NCBI GenBank assembly: GCA_051294905.1
Contig: CM119383.1
Location: forward strand, 11,160,001 to 11,224,000
Length of the DNA: 64,000 nt
Direction of reading: 5' to 3'
DNA from: Botryllus schlosseri
Lineage: Eukaryota
A program made the translations under genes and the position numbers. Positions 35,752-49,700 of the stretch are shown piece by piece; position 1 is the first letter of the stretch; every line of letters starts with the position of its first letter. Below the pieces are notes generated by a model. It ran no database searches. It was not told the origin of the DNA and saw nothing but the letters and a program-made list of their open reading frames with translations.

Positions 35752-36149
35752 TAGAGGTCGACCGATATTGATTTTTACAGGCCGATACCGATATTTCGAC
35801 GCTCACAGGGCCGATAACCGATATCATAGGCCGATATTAATATGGAAGGAGCAGAGAACTATTTCGCCAAAAATATTATATATTAGGCAAGGTGGCACTT
35901 CTTTATGCCACAGAAAGGTGAACAACAAACGAGAAAACTGAAATCGAAAAGACTTATTGCTTAATTGTGAACATTCGTTGAAATTTGGGATAACCCGAAA
36001 ATCAAAACATGATACAGAATTGCAGATCAGTTCAGAAAAGGTAGATTGTAGTTAGATATAAAATATCGGTCGCGATATCGGCCTAGATTGGCCGATACCG
36101 ATATTCGAGAAATTTCCAAATATCGGCGCCGATAATCGGTCGACCTCTA
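35752..36149. mobile_element. hAT-type MITE, 398 bp, perfect TSD ATATGCAG
   Basis: TIR TAGAGGTCGACCGAT / ATCGGTCGACCTCTA; CCGATA subterminal repeats; single ATATGCAG at the homologous site 32413-32420. Confidence 0.88.
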
Positions 36150-37180
36150 ATATGCAGTAGCAAAACAAGATGAAATGATTGTCTGTCGCTCGGTCCGGGA
36201 TGGAAGTTTGCGGCGTGTTGGCCATGTTTCTGTGATTGTGCTTCTGAATTTTGTCCTAAACGCGTCTAACAGCACACTGCAGTAATATAGCAACGCTGAT
36301 TGCTACAGTAAAACATTGCGTCCCGACTAGGACGCAAGCTATAAGCTGTGAAGTTTCTCGCGAACAACGTTTCTAATGGGGCTCGACCAAATCGAATAAC
36401 AAAATGATTCGGTACGGAGCCGGGTATCAAGCTCCGAACCGAGTACTACGGTACTACACATTGTTGCGTCATTATTACCATGAATAGGAAATCTTCAATA
36501 TGCATCTTGTTGAGATCACAATGAAGACAATGTCAGTCACGCGTCATCCAAAATAATCATGCATATCTTGACCGTGACTATTTCATTGCGCTTTCTATCG
36601 GTGCTGCGTATTACTCACCAGTCTACGTCACGGAGACGTCGTTTTCTGGAATCGGAGGTGGCTATACTCTTGAATTAGCAGGGTGCATGTTCGGGACTGC
36701 GGAAATTGACAAAATACACTGCAAATTGGTGCAATTTCCTAAGACATTCGGTTACCGTGATACAGGGACCATTTTACACAGTTTTTATGGCAATTTCACT
36801 CCTAAACTGTTCTCACCTAATCATGAAAAGAAATAGTATTACCAAGAAAATAAGTAGAAGTAATCTAAAAGGTAGGTATCACTGGAGTAAATACTAAATA
36901 GTGAAGGTAGGCAAAACCTACCCGAGTACTCCTGAGTAGAAGTACTTCGTTACTGAATACCTAATCAGGAGAAATATAATAGATGTTCAATGCGCCTTTC
37001 CCTAACATGTGTACTGAATTAACAAGTCAATATCCTGTAATTAGTCATTTCAATAATAATAAACATTTCACCACACTCGACTACTGTTCTGCTGCTACCC
37101 CCTAGCTTTCCTGCACAAACGCGTCACGCGCCTACCCACACATCACCGCTACACCCTCCCTACGCAATCGCAGTCGTAGG

Positions 37181-37186
37181 TTTATT
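37181..37186 (-). promoter_or_regulatory. Candidate MED12 polyadenylation signal AATAAA
   Basis: AATAAA on the minus strand ~600 nt after the MED12 stop. Confidence 0.45.
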
Positions 37187-37786
37187 TTTTGTAGGAAAAA
37201 ATTACCAAATAGTTTCTTAAACGCGACGACAACCGACGCTTTCGACAAACAATAAATTCAATATATAATAAAAACGACGCAATGTGCGAGTGTAGAGGGG
37301 CGGGAAAAAATACAAACCTTTTTGTTGGTCGAAATAAATAGTAGGAAACATGATAAAAAAATGAGACGGACAAGTAAAACGCGGGTACGATGCGGCCGTC
37401 GTCGGCAATATATAAAACGTCGGCGAATTCATTGAGTCAAACGCTGTATACGCGGACACCGAAAAAGAAGATATATCACAAGTACAAACCACGCAACGAT
37501 TCCGCGACACTAACACATCAAAACACGATAAAGCACATCGCAAAAAGATCAGACATGGCACATCAATTCAAACCCACGGAAAACGGCTTGCGTCTTTGCG
37601 CACGAGCGCTACTACCCGGAAAGATTGGCTCACAAATACTGCCGTTATATTGTATCTGAAAATGTACCATGATTAAAACCGAGCCCGTTTGCATCTCGGG
37701 CGTTGCAGGTACGCATACAGATTGCTACAAAAACCCAAAAGAACGGCTCGCAATGCCAACGCACTAGCGCGACACGGTAGCAGTCT

Positions 37787-40700
37787 TCAGTTGTACATTC
37801 CGCCCTGATGATTCGGAATAGTCCGCCTGAGGCTTTGAACCAGCTCGGCCGACCTTTGATTCTGAATATACTGAAGCAAAGAAATTGGCGATGAGTATGC
37901 ATATAACAAGGATCCAACTACAACACACTGACTTGTGAATTCATGCCTTGGTTTGCGATTTGATTCGGTCGGCCCATCGCGTTCATCGTGTTCTGTCCGC
38001 CGCCCATACCCATTTGCATCATGGGCGCTTGGCCCCCAGCATTAATATGGTGCTGTTGGTTCATCCTGCCGAAACGTATCGCGTGCGGGATAAGCAGAGG
38101 AAGTGTAAGTAGCCAATGTTCCCACTTGAGAGGAAGCAACCGACAAATTTCTACTCAATTGCTACAAGTAACGATGTCTGGGACATGTCAAAATTATTTC
38201 AAATGGAAGTGGAATATGAAAGCTCGGAAAGTACTCAAATAGTTTCATGAAGTAGATTTCGTCACGGGGCCGCATACATGACAAAGGTGGAAGTACTCTG
38301 CTACTGACCAATTCTGGGTGTATGTCGTTTGGTGGCAGATGCAATTCATAGACGTACAGTTGCACATAGTTGGAAAATATTGGACAAGTTGTTGAGAGAA
38401 TTTGCAGTAAAGGCATATTTGGAAAGTAGATAAAGGAATTTAGATATATATCTTGCAAATAACTACATGAATGTGTTAACAATCACTTAGGTGAGCTAGA
38501 TGGAAAATACGTGTATCAAAGTGAAAACGAGAAGTGAAGTGTTCAAAAGTAAAAACCAACATGTAAAATACACACTAAAGTCGTAGTCAGACACCCACCT
38601 GGCCTAGGCGATGTAAAAAAGGAGGCATGCACACTGAATGAAAAGTAAAGGAGGAGTAAATAAAAGGACAGGTGATAAAAAAGGTGGCATGTGCCGGAAG
38701 GCGAGATCGTTATGTCAGGTCGTGGTCCGGTAAAATAGAGGGCTAACTAGTATTGATTCAGTGGAAATTGTTCGTATTTAGACTTGTGTGTGGACATGTC
38801 CGATGACTGTCGGATAGGCGGCGAGATACTGTTCCACAAAACTGGTCCGGCATATTTGATAGAGTGACGATCTTAGCGTGACGTACTTAGCTCATACATA
38901 TATTATAAATAGAGTCATAGATGATATATATAGTCTGCATCTCAATTATAATTATTATTGATAACAATTCAAATTGAGATACTTGGTCAAAAAGTCCTGA
39001 GTACTGAGAATTGTTATTGAAGAGATGAGGACATAGTATCTGCAAGTCTATGAATTTTAGTGACGCAAGAAACCGAATCAACTGTGAAAATGAAGAAATA
39101 AACAACAAGGACCCCAAACAGGGTGAAAATATTTTTCAAGACCGTACCTGTTGATGGTCCGTTGGGGCTGATTCATCATGCCACCGTACTGCGGAGGCTG
39201 CTGCCCTCCCATCATGCCAGACTGATTGACCTGCATTCCGCTTGACATGCCGTAGCCGGATTGCTGGTTCATCCCGCGGTTATGCATCTGCACGTTCCCC
39301 ATGTTGTAGGCCGGCACCATGCTGGTGTTCGGTTGCTGTTGGCTGATGTAGCCCTGGTTTGGCATGGCCTGCTGGTATCCTTGAGGCTGATTGGACATGC
39401 CACCCTGATAGCTGTAAGCTGTGAAACAGGGCGAGAATAAGCAACGTTGCTGCAGATATTATCGGATTCAGGTAAAGGTGGGTGTTTTCATACCATAAAC
39501 TTGTCTTCCCCATGAATTTTAACTAATAACTAATAAAACTGGTCAACACAATTTTTGGTGCCAAGGAAGTTTTAACAATGCCTCTCAATCCAACAATCAA
39601 ATCGTTTTTACAATTGGCACAAACTGTATGCACCCCTAATCATTATTGCTCGTATACGCATCGAGTGAGTTAGTGGCTTGACGAACAATGGATCGTTTAT
39701 AGCAATTTTACCACTGATCTTATGAAATATCACAAGATATCGAAGCAATTCGGAGATTTGGATTCGTCGGTTTTAAATTACCTGGAAACCATTGAAATAT
39801 CTTCGGGACGCAAAAAGTAGTTTTTCTGCTGGCCAGGGTAATTTTTTGCTGGTTGTTGGCTTTCTATCAAAAATCAACCTGTTTTTGTATCATGTCCACA
39901 AATCATTGATACCATGAGCCAGGGATCAGGTGAGTAAACTATGCCAGACTAAAATATTATTGCAGGCTGAGTTGAAATTCAGTATTCTAAAGTGAACATT
40001 TATTTTCTTGTACCGACAAATCAGGACAGCAATGTATTAAATTAATGCTCAAAGGCAAATCCTTAAGAATATTATTGGCGACACAGCAGGATTTGATAAC
40101 GAACCAGCAACAAATCTAAACACATATATCTTAAAAGCTTCTCACATGTGTTCTTGATGCCGCCGTGCATCTGATTCATGGCAGCCGGGTTCTGGTGCGA
40201 ATAGTTGTAGCCCCCCATCTGGCCCTGCTGCTGCATGTGCATGCCGGAAGGCATCTGCGACACGCTGGGATTGCGCGGCGCGTAAGACAACATCTCGCTT
40301 TGCATTGTGGACGCTCTCTGGAATATTTTCAAGTTGGTTAAGAAACGCGTTTATGCGGCACGAGTGTTTGATTCGAATTATGTGTGCAAGAAATTTAGAC
40401 TGTTGGTGATCAGGGAATGACGAGAGGTCTTCAGTGCGACAGATTTTATGAAGATTCTCGTTACTAGTTTTAACGGCGTGACCGGTTCCCTTTCGAGTCT
40501 AGCCACCGTGTACCATTTTTTCGCAACAATTGTCTGTAGCGGACATCCAGGACTTTTCTTTGATTTTCCGAAAGAGACCATACGCTTCTCACAAAGACAT
40601 TGAAAAATTTTATTCTTGTACCAGTCCAAATTCCGAAGTTTCGAAGTACGTATTTTAACTTCTGATAGTAGTTTTAGGGCTTCCTGGAGAGAAGTTGGGT

Positions 40701-43700
40701 CTTTGAAACCTCAAACCTAACCTTCGCCCAAGCCCCAACAGTCCCAACACTGATCCTAACCTAGTCCAAAATCTACTCATTAATTTAGACCACACGCTTA
40801 AGTTCTACGAGTGGAATTATACTAAAAACTCCATGAAACATCATGGAAACTGGATGTTTTCAGAGACAGTCTGCATTTTTAGTGTAATTTGAGTTTCATG
40901 TGTTAGTCACAAACAGGTATCGAAATGCGGAGATGGATAACAATATTCTACAGACAATTTTACGCCCGTATTGCTCACACCAAGCGAAAGCAAAAAGCAG
41001 ATACCCACCACTCTGTTGCCCACAAAATTTTTGATGGCCGACTTTGGCCCGTGGGAATTGAGTACCATGCTGCTATGAGTAGTGTTGCTGAGCTGCTGCT
41101 GAGCTGCTGCTGCTTTCTTATGTATAATACCACGCAGTCTCTGCTGTAACTCGGCGTTCGCTACTGTGAACATAACATCCGTCATAGCACCAGACAAAGT
41201 GCATCGCGCAGCTCGACTTACTGCTTTTGGTGTTGGCTGGCATCATGTTGGGTGCCATGTTCGGATTGCCGTGCGTGTATTGCTGGTATCCTTGAGGGTT
41301 AGGTACATTGTACAGGTGCGGTGTCCGTAAAGTCCGTTGAACTTGCATTATGTTCGGTGGGCCGACGTTGTACGTGCCGGACGATTGCCGGAATAACTGC
41401 GGCGCCGGGATGTCTTGACTCTGCAAGCGGAAAAATACGCAGTTTTAGAAAACCTTGCTTTTCGACAAGGCAAGTTATATCCGGTCAGGTACTGACACTT
41501 GATAAACAATTCCTATATGGACAACAGATGTATTCCAAATAGGCTTCTGAAGGTACAAAAATTCAATATCGCAACCAACAATATATTCGAATTGCTAAAC
41601 TTATTACAGTTAAGCTTTTCGACCAACTCTCATCAGGAATTCATCAGCCGTTCGCGAGACTGATTACTTAATACCACGTCGCAATGACAAAATTATTTCC
41701 ATATTTTGAATGATGTTACATGCATTTACTAATGTTTCCTCCTAATCAGAGACGGATCAAAAAGCTTCAAATGACATAATTTAGCAATATGCATAAATTG
41801 TTTGTTGAAATATATATGTTCATATATTCTTAATGCAAAATCGTAAGCTGATTTGCACCTTGCGCGTCTTTTTCGGCTTGCTTGGCTTGTCTGTTCTCGG
41901 CCGTTTGGGAGGTAGCAGGATATCTTTAGTAGGGTATGCGGACGGGCTTTTCCTGCTGAGAATTCATATTGAAAATTTGAAAAAAATTGAAAATTTATTA
42001 AAATCGAAATTTAAAATTTAACCACGATCGACTTCACACGGCAAGTTTCGCAGGACCAGGGCTGCTAACCAAGTAAAAAGTCAATTTTGACTTTTATAGT
42101 TTTGACTCGAGTCATTCTCAATTCACGACCGAGTCAAGTCCGAGTCCAATTCAGGGAGCAACGGGCCTAGTCCGAGTCATAGTGTTTACTTTTCAGTATC
42201 GATTTCAAGTTAGGTTCAACTCACTTCTGCTAACTTTTGGGCAATATCGAAGCATTGATAATATTATACTCACTTGTTCTCTCTAAACATGCTTATTCAA
42301 ACAGATAGGAGACAGTTGCTGGGCCTATTTTTCAATTATAGGTCCTGATATAGGCCTACGAGACCAGAACAATTCCTACAGAATTTGGCGAGTAACACGA
42401 AATGACTTAGTACAAGTCGAGTCAATACACAAATTGACTCGAGTCATCACAACCCTGCGCAGGACCCAGAGCCACGCTACGCACGGGCGTTACTTACTTT
42501 GAGCTCGCGGTGGATCTCTTCCTCGTATTTTTAACCGGTTCCTCGTCCTCTTCCTCTTCCGGTGGCAGGTTCGGCGGTTTCATGCATTCCGATAACGGTC
42601 TGTTGATATGTCTAGTCTTGAAACGTACTTGTAGTCTACTTACTCGAAATACTACAGGAGCTACGCTTGGCCTCGTTGTGCGAAGCATTTCGCTCATTTG
42701 AAATTACGACAAGGGGAATGCATATTTTTGGTATTCGACTTTCGTACCAGCTCCAGCCAAAATTTACTGCCTTACTCTTGTATCTGCTTCTGCAGCATAT
42801 GGTAGAATATCATTACACAATCGCATCCGCTTAACAGGATGGCACTGGTGGGATTTTCCCGAAAATTTGCTCCACTTTTCAAAACTGTTTAACAGGACCT
42901 TAATGGAATGCGAACCCAACAAGTAATATATCGTTGGATTCAGAATTACAACGCCTATCCAACTACAGCATGAAGCTAGACGAGAGCAGGGATACCGAGC
43001 GTGTATATAATCAAGAAGACGAGATAACCTTGTTGTGGAGTCCGCAACATATACCTAGTGGGAATAAATACGTGCTATTCACTGTGACAGAGAAGTCTTC
43101 TTTTAAACAAGCCATGAGTGAGCTCTTGCTCAACTAATTCCATCGATATTATCGAAGCATGGTAGAGCGCTTCACCTTAAACATGCAGTCTGACGCTCTT
43201 AACCACCCAACCAGGGTTGTAACCAAGTCACAAGGCTCCGAGTCACAAGTCCATCTCACTTTTATATTTTTGACTTGAGTCAAGACGAGTCATTTTCAAT
43301 TCCCACCGAGTCAAGTCCGAGTCCAAGTCAGCGAACAGAGGATCGAGTCCGAGTCATGGTATTGTGACTCGAGTCCGAGTCCAAGTCATTGTGTTGACTG
43401 CTCAGTTTCCAGTTAAAGTCTTCCTAAACCCATTTTTTTAACTCTGTTTGGTGATATTGAATGGTTCGCAATTATAACATATAAATTTTCCTCACTTTTA
43501 GCAGTTTCTGGTCATATTTTCAAGCACCAGTACCAACAAACCAAATCCCAATAGTGTGTTGGCTTCGAAATTACAATGAAATGACTGTCTTCGCCGTCTT
43601 AATCCCGAGTCAATGACTTGCTTCGAGTCATGCACAATGACTCGAGTCCAAGTCGAGTCAATACACAGATTGACTCGAGTCGAGTCGAGTCCTTTCCGTA

Positions 43701-46700
43701 TTTTTAGAAAATGACTCGAGTCGAGTCGAGTCATCCGAAAATCGTGACTCGAGTCTGACTCGAGTCGAGTCATGACTCGAGTCATTACAACTCTGCACCC
43801 AACAATATATTACTTGTTGGTTTCGCATCCCATTGAGGTCATGTTTTACAGATTAGATTAGAATTATGACTAAAGTTTGTTCTTAATTAGATCATAATTA
43901 AAATTACTGAATTTATGAAAACGTTGTCATTGAAGGAAGTTCAGTTCATATCAAATCAGAGGCCATTATTCTCATAGGCACTAGAATAGCAAATGTCTGA
44001 AAAGAAAACTTGGCTCATTACATACTATGTGGTTCTCTTGTAGCATTTTCAGGAAATCCAGAAATTAGATTAGAATTAAAATTAGAGCATCGAATAGAAC
44101 AAAACTCAGAAGTAATGTTCGCCCACGAGTGAGTCAGCAAAATCAAGATGAGTAGCCTACATATTTTCCCGATTAAAACACAACACAGTAGCGGTACTCT
44201 GACCGATGAAAAATATAAATGAATAAATAATAAAATAAAACACGCACATCTCGCAGAACTTGTGGTCGTGAAACAGCATCAGCCGCTGCTGCGTTTCGTA
44301 AACGATCTCCTTCCGTTCCGTCTTGCAAATGCCGTACCACGGCAGACACAGCGGCGCGCTGGTTTTCAGGCCTTCGATAATGTCCCAGGAAACGATTTTC
44401 TGCTTTGAACTTATCTGCGGCGACAATGGAGACATGAGCAATGCGCAGAACCAATATCCAATCTCCAGACCAGGGAGGCAGACTTTGCAATGCCCGGTAC
44501 AGGGCGCGATCTACTTTCCAGACCCAGACAAAACCTACAATCTATCAATGGTATGTTTCGTAAAATTTACAGGCTTAGCACTGCCCTAATTATCGCTTCG
44601 TTGCAATCGAATTGAAGCACGTTTTGTCCAAATACAATACATTAATGTTGATATCGCCCTGTGATTACAACATGTTATCTTGTGACCTCCTAAAAGGACT
44701 TCGCATTCGCAATATGTTGCAATCGTCAAAAGGAGCACTCCTGCCCCAGCCCTACACACCCCGTATTTTACAAGCATCTGAGGTATACCCATTCAAATCA
44801 GACAGGCCACAATTACAGTATCATTCCAGCAAACCGCATCAGTTACACTCACCTGTAAACCCGCATTGCCAGGGCTCTGCTCGCAAGCGATGACGTACGT
44901 GTCCTTGCGAGGCACAGGCAGTAGCCGCCTTAAAATTCTTAAACTCGTAGATTTACCGTCGCTGATTTCTTTCTGTTACGAGCAGAAAATGTATTTAATC
45001 TCCAGCACAGAATTGGACCTCTACAAAAATCTCAAATTTTTGAAATTTGTTTACATTTAGAATTATAACAACACAGCTTTTCCCAAATTAGATCAGAATT
45101 GGAATTACTAAACTAGCAAAAACTTGGTAATTGAACTACAATGCAACAAAAAAACGAAGTACAGTTCACATCAAAGCAGACTGCGTTCTGCGTGCAAATG
45201 TATGTACACCAAGCTTGGATAGTTTCGCGCTATACTGCTCTTCTGTAGCACTTTCAGGAAAACCAGGGTTCAGATTAGAAGATTAGATGAGCATAGAAGT
45301 ATTTCACCGATAAAATTAGAATAACGGCAGACAAACAAACCTTAATCTTCTTTACAATAGCGATGTAGTCTTTCTTGCTGCCCTCACCGTTGCTCGGAGA
45401 ATCCCCTCCCAGAGTGCCGTGAAGCAGAACGGCGATCATATCGAAAACAGTGTTGAACAGTTTGGCGTTAACCTGACGGAGAGAAGCGCGGGGTCAAATA
45501 ATTTCGTGGGTCAACGAACGCGGAAGCGCACCTCGACGTCGACCATGCCGGACGATATCAGCTGGGTCAGTAGCACGACGACGCTGCTTGTCCAATGCGA
45601 GCTGTTTTGCACAGTGTCGAACATACCCCCCATCTGAAAGTGTACGAGTGCGTTGAGACAGACGCACAAACACTAGAGAGCTGGACAGTGACAAAGTACT
45701 TATACTTTTTCGGCAAACTGAAGTAGGTACCGGCTACTTGCAGGGTTGCAACCAAGTCACAAGTTAATCTCACGTTTATGGTTTTGACTCGAGTCAAGTA
45801 GAGTCATTTTCGATTCACCACCGAGTCAAGTCTGAGTTCAAGCTGGTGAGTAGAGGGTCGAGTCCGAGTCATAGTGTTGTGACTCGAGTCCGAGTTCGAC
45901 TCACTTTTTTCAATTCTGCTCGAGTGCTATAGAATGGCTCGCATTCATAATATCGTAATTTTCCTCAGTCCTAACAGTTTCTGGCCTTATTTTCCAAGTA
46001 TCAGGACTGATAGACGAAGCACTAATAATGCGGTGACTTCAACTATTTTTCGAACCTAAATGTCTTGAACGTCCTAGTCTCGAGTCACATGACGTGGTTC
46101 GAGTCATTTCACGCATTTGAAGAAATGACTCGAGTCAAGTCGAGTCAACAAAAAACGGTGACTCGAGTCGGACTCGAGTCATCACAACCCTAGATACCTG
46201 AGTGAGTGGATTTTGAATCGAGTTTAAGCCTCCGAGTAATGAGTATGACAGATTATGATATCATAACAGAAAGAAAGATGCGGAAAGTTCATATATTTAC
46301 ATTTTATGCTACCATATAGAAGAAAATGCAAGTTCTACAATCACAATAAAGGTAATTTCATTGCACTTTACTGTAAATAGATCACACGACTCCACAGATG
46401 TGTCATTTTCACTAAAATGTGTATGGGTTAGCTTTTTACCAATTATTTCTTATGCTACTATACGACAAATCAAAGTTTCAGGGATTTCAAGGCGGAAAAT
46501 ACTATCAAAACGATAATTTCCCTTCATAAATGCACTATTTGTGGAATAGAACGTAGAATTTCAGTACTCCAGAACATAATCTCTTACTACTGGACACGAG
46601 ACAAGCTGCCGCCCACAAGTCACCACTCACCAGGCTCAATCTCAATTGCAACGCTTCCTGCACCATCGTTTGCGACATGACCCCGTCTTTACCCGTGTTG

Positions 46701-49700
46701 GACGCCTCCCGCTGCTGCTGCTGCCATTCCGAGTGGAACATCAAGATTTGAGACTGCAGCGAGGTGAGCAGGGCGTCACGCTGGTCGTCCTGGTCCTGGG
46801 AGACGAAATTCAAAGAGACAACATGAGCACAGGTTTTGATTCCAGCAGTGAAAATCAAAATTTTCCGTTATCGTAACACTCAGAGGTGGTCAGTAGGGTC
46901 GTACAAAAATAACTATTTCTTTCAGATTTTTGCTACTATTAACTAAAATTGTTAGGTTGGCTATAAAACACTGCACTCCAAATTTGTCTCAATTCCGAAC
47001 AGTAGAAATGAAGCTACATGAGTTCAAAAATTTTGAATTGAACATAAATTTTTTCAAATTCTAGTGGCTACCCCCATGAGATTGTCAAGCTGTCTCAAAG
47101 AACGATGCGTAACAATTTCAGCTAAATTCCAATCGGTAGAAGCAAGGTTATTGCGGTTGAAAGTTTAGGATTTGAAAATATAGCATTGACGATGGGTAAT
47201 TCCTGAATTACTAACAAAAAACTCAAATGACTTCGCTTCCAAGGGTTTGAATTGAGTCAAATTTGTTTAGCATCGTTTTTGTTTACAACGTAACAACTCC
47301 AATCGCTGGTGAATTTACTATAAAAAGGCCATTTTTCCGAGGTGGTAGTAGCTAGGAAAACAGGTCACTGAGTCTACTTTCTGTTGAGTTGACCATTTTT
47401 CCTCATTATATGTAGAATAAGCCTTGATTTCGTACATGCAGCAATGTAATGCGTTGATTTTCGAGTTTGTTGATAAAAACTGGAAGCGATGGAAGTGAAT
47501 TCAAATGCAATTGTGGCAAATCGGCTATAAAATTGCGCCTATTCGACATCTCCATTTTCGCTGGCCGCTGACAAACAAAGAGACCGGGACATGTCTCTAG
47601 TAAAGTACAGCTACTTGATTGACAAGGCATTGGAACAGCAAATAAATGATAGTCGGTACGGCATACTTTGCATGAATATTAATAAAAATACCAACGTCAT
47701 ACTACAAATAAACCAGTAAACATACAAAGTGACGATAGCAAATGTAGGTGTATAATCACGGATACAAATTTGCCATGGCATACTGCTAAACTACGGTAAA
47801 ATTCCAAATCCTGCGCCTTGGGTGTCTATTTTGTGATTACAAGATGATTAGTGTGATGTCTGAAGTAGATTATCTTCCCATGTCTACGTTCAAGGTTTCC
47901 TAACTGTAATTTAGAACATCGCGACGGAATTATCTCCGCAAACAGACGAGCAACAACGCCGCATAGTCTACAAACAAAAGGGTGACACGAGGTCAATAGA
48001 CATCCTATCGATCACACATATTACAATATTACAATTACAATATTTTCCGTCAATTAGTAAAAGAAGTTGTATAAGTCATTCCATAACACTTTTGTAAGCT
48101 AAAACACACAATATTATAGTACTAGTTATTCATAAATGGGTTAGTATAAGATGCCTGATGCCTATATGTTCCAATATTGTTCAAAATTTCAATACCATTA
48201 ATTTCAACAATATACCATGTTGATTTTGTTGATAACAACTGAAACTGAAAGCGATGGAAATGAATTCAATTGCGAACAAAAGGCGTTTATTTTCTTCAGC
48301 AGCGATAATCGGAATGATAATGACAATATAATTGCCTTCCTCCCGTTGTACAGACAAGATACCGGAGATAGCGACAAGTAAAAGCAGGAATTCGCTACTT
48401 ATCTCTCAAAGAAACATGTCAAAATATCAAACATTTGGATTTGTGTGGAACATTACAAAACGGCCGGCTCCCATACATGAGATAACCGGCATGGATTTAT
48501 GTTTGTAAAATAAGGATTAGAAAACTTTGACCGGACATGGACACAAAATTGTTTTGCGGCTTTAGATTATTATAAGTAGGACATGTCAAAATAAGTCAAA
48601 ATTGTAGCTTAAGGTCAAAAAATTGTCAAGATTGTTTGCTAAGTCAAAACGTTTTCGACCCCTGCATTTCGTTTGCATCATAGATTTTGCAATGTCGGTG
48701 AACTTATCCTTTGATATTTGACGGCCCATTCTCTGCTCATTGTGAATCATAAAATGGCCAATTAATAGGTTGACATGGTGTTATGGTCAACTTATCAACA
48801 ATATCCTGACTGAAGCAAGACTGCGTGGGCATTGCATGGTTCTAATATCAAGAAGCGCGTGACGAAAAATTGTGATGTAGACAATGAAGCAACGCGGTTT
48901 GTCAGCAAGCAGAGCACGCATAACTTAAGTATTGTCAGCCGACATCTGCTGCTGTTGAACGTTCTTCCTCCATTTCTGGCAAGCTACTTAGTAAGGACAG
49001 ACACTTTCTATCCGAGAATGTAGGAAAGTATCTTTCGTTGTACGACAAAATTTTTTAATTATTTTTACCATAATACGTGATGTAACAACTGGAATTCTTC
49101 TTAGGGCCAGATTTCGTTAAAGTACAAGTATTTTCATGTAAAAAAATGTCAGTTTTCAAGTCAAAAACGTTTTTCAGGTCAAACTACTTCCTAAGGACAG
49201 ACAGTTACAACCAAAAATGAAGATGAATATTACAATTTTAACATTACATGCGAAAACACTTCATATGCATACATGAGGTCAATATTTGGTCAAAATTAAG
49301 CTTTTTTATGTCAAAAAATGAAAAAAATTTGGGTTTTTCATGTCAAAATCCTTCGTTTTTAGGTAAAAAAGAAATCGCACTAATTATAAGATAGTCGGAT
49401 GTGAAATCAGTAAGATTCGAAGGCTCGCCTTTTTGAGACAAGTCAGGATCAGCGACAGGAACGGCTGCTGACTCAGCAGCGACGCGGGATTGCTCTTGGC
49501 GCCGCGGTCCCGGTCCGATTTCACTCTGGACCAGTGCTGGGCCGTCTCCAGAATGCGGCTCGCCTCTTGCAGGACTTTAGCTTGAACCTGCGGACAAAGT
49601 ATGGAGATTATTACACGCGTTACGAATAAAAAGAGGAAATAAATGCTTTACAATTGCAATAGAAAGTAAACGTTATCCGCAGTCGTGCAGAGCGAAAATC

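Noticed and set aside
37500-37660. Alternative last MED12 exon (IQYNGSICEP...)
   Set aside because: The 37870-37787 exon has a better acceptor, a typical 62-nt intron and the conserved terminal helix.
40700-40780. Telomere-like CCTAAC motifs (also TAGGGT near 55430-55900)
   Set aside because: Too few and degenerate; probably parts of an interspersed repeat.
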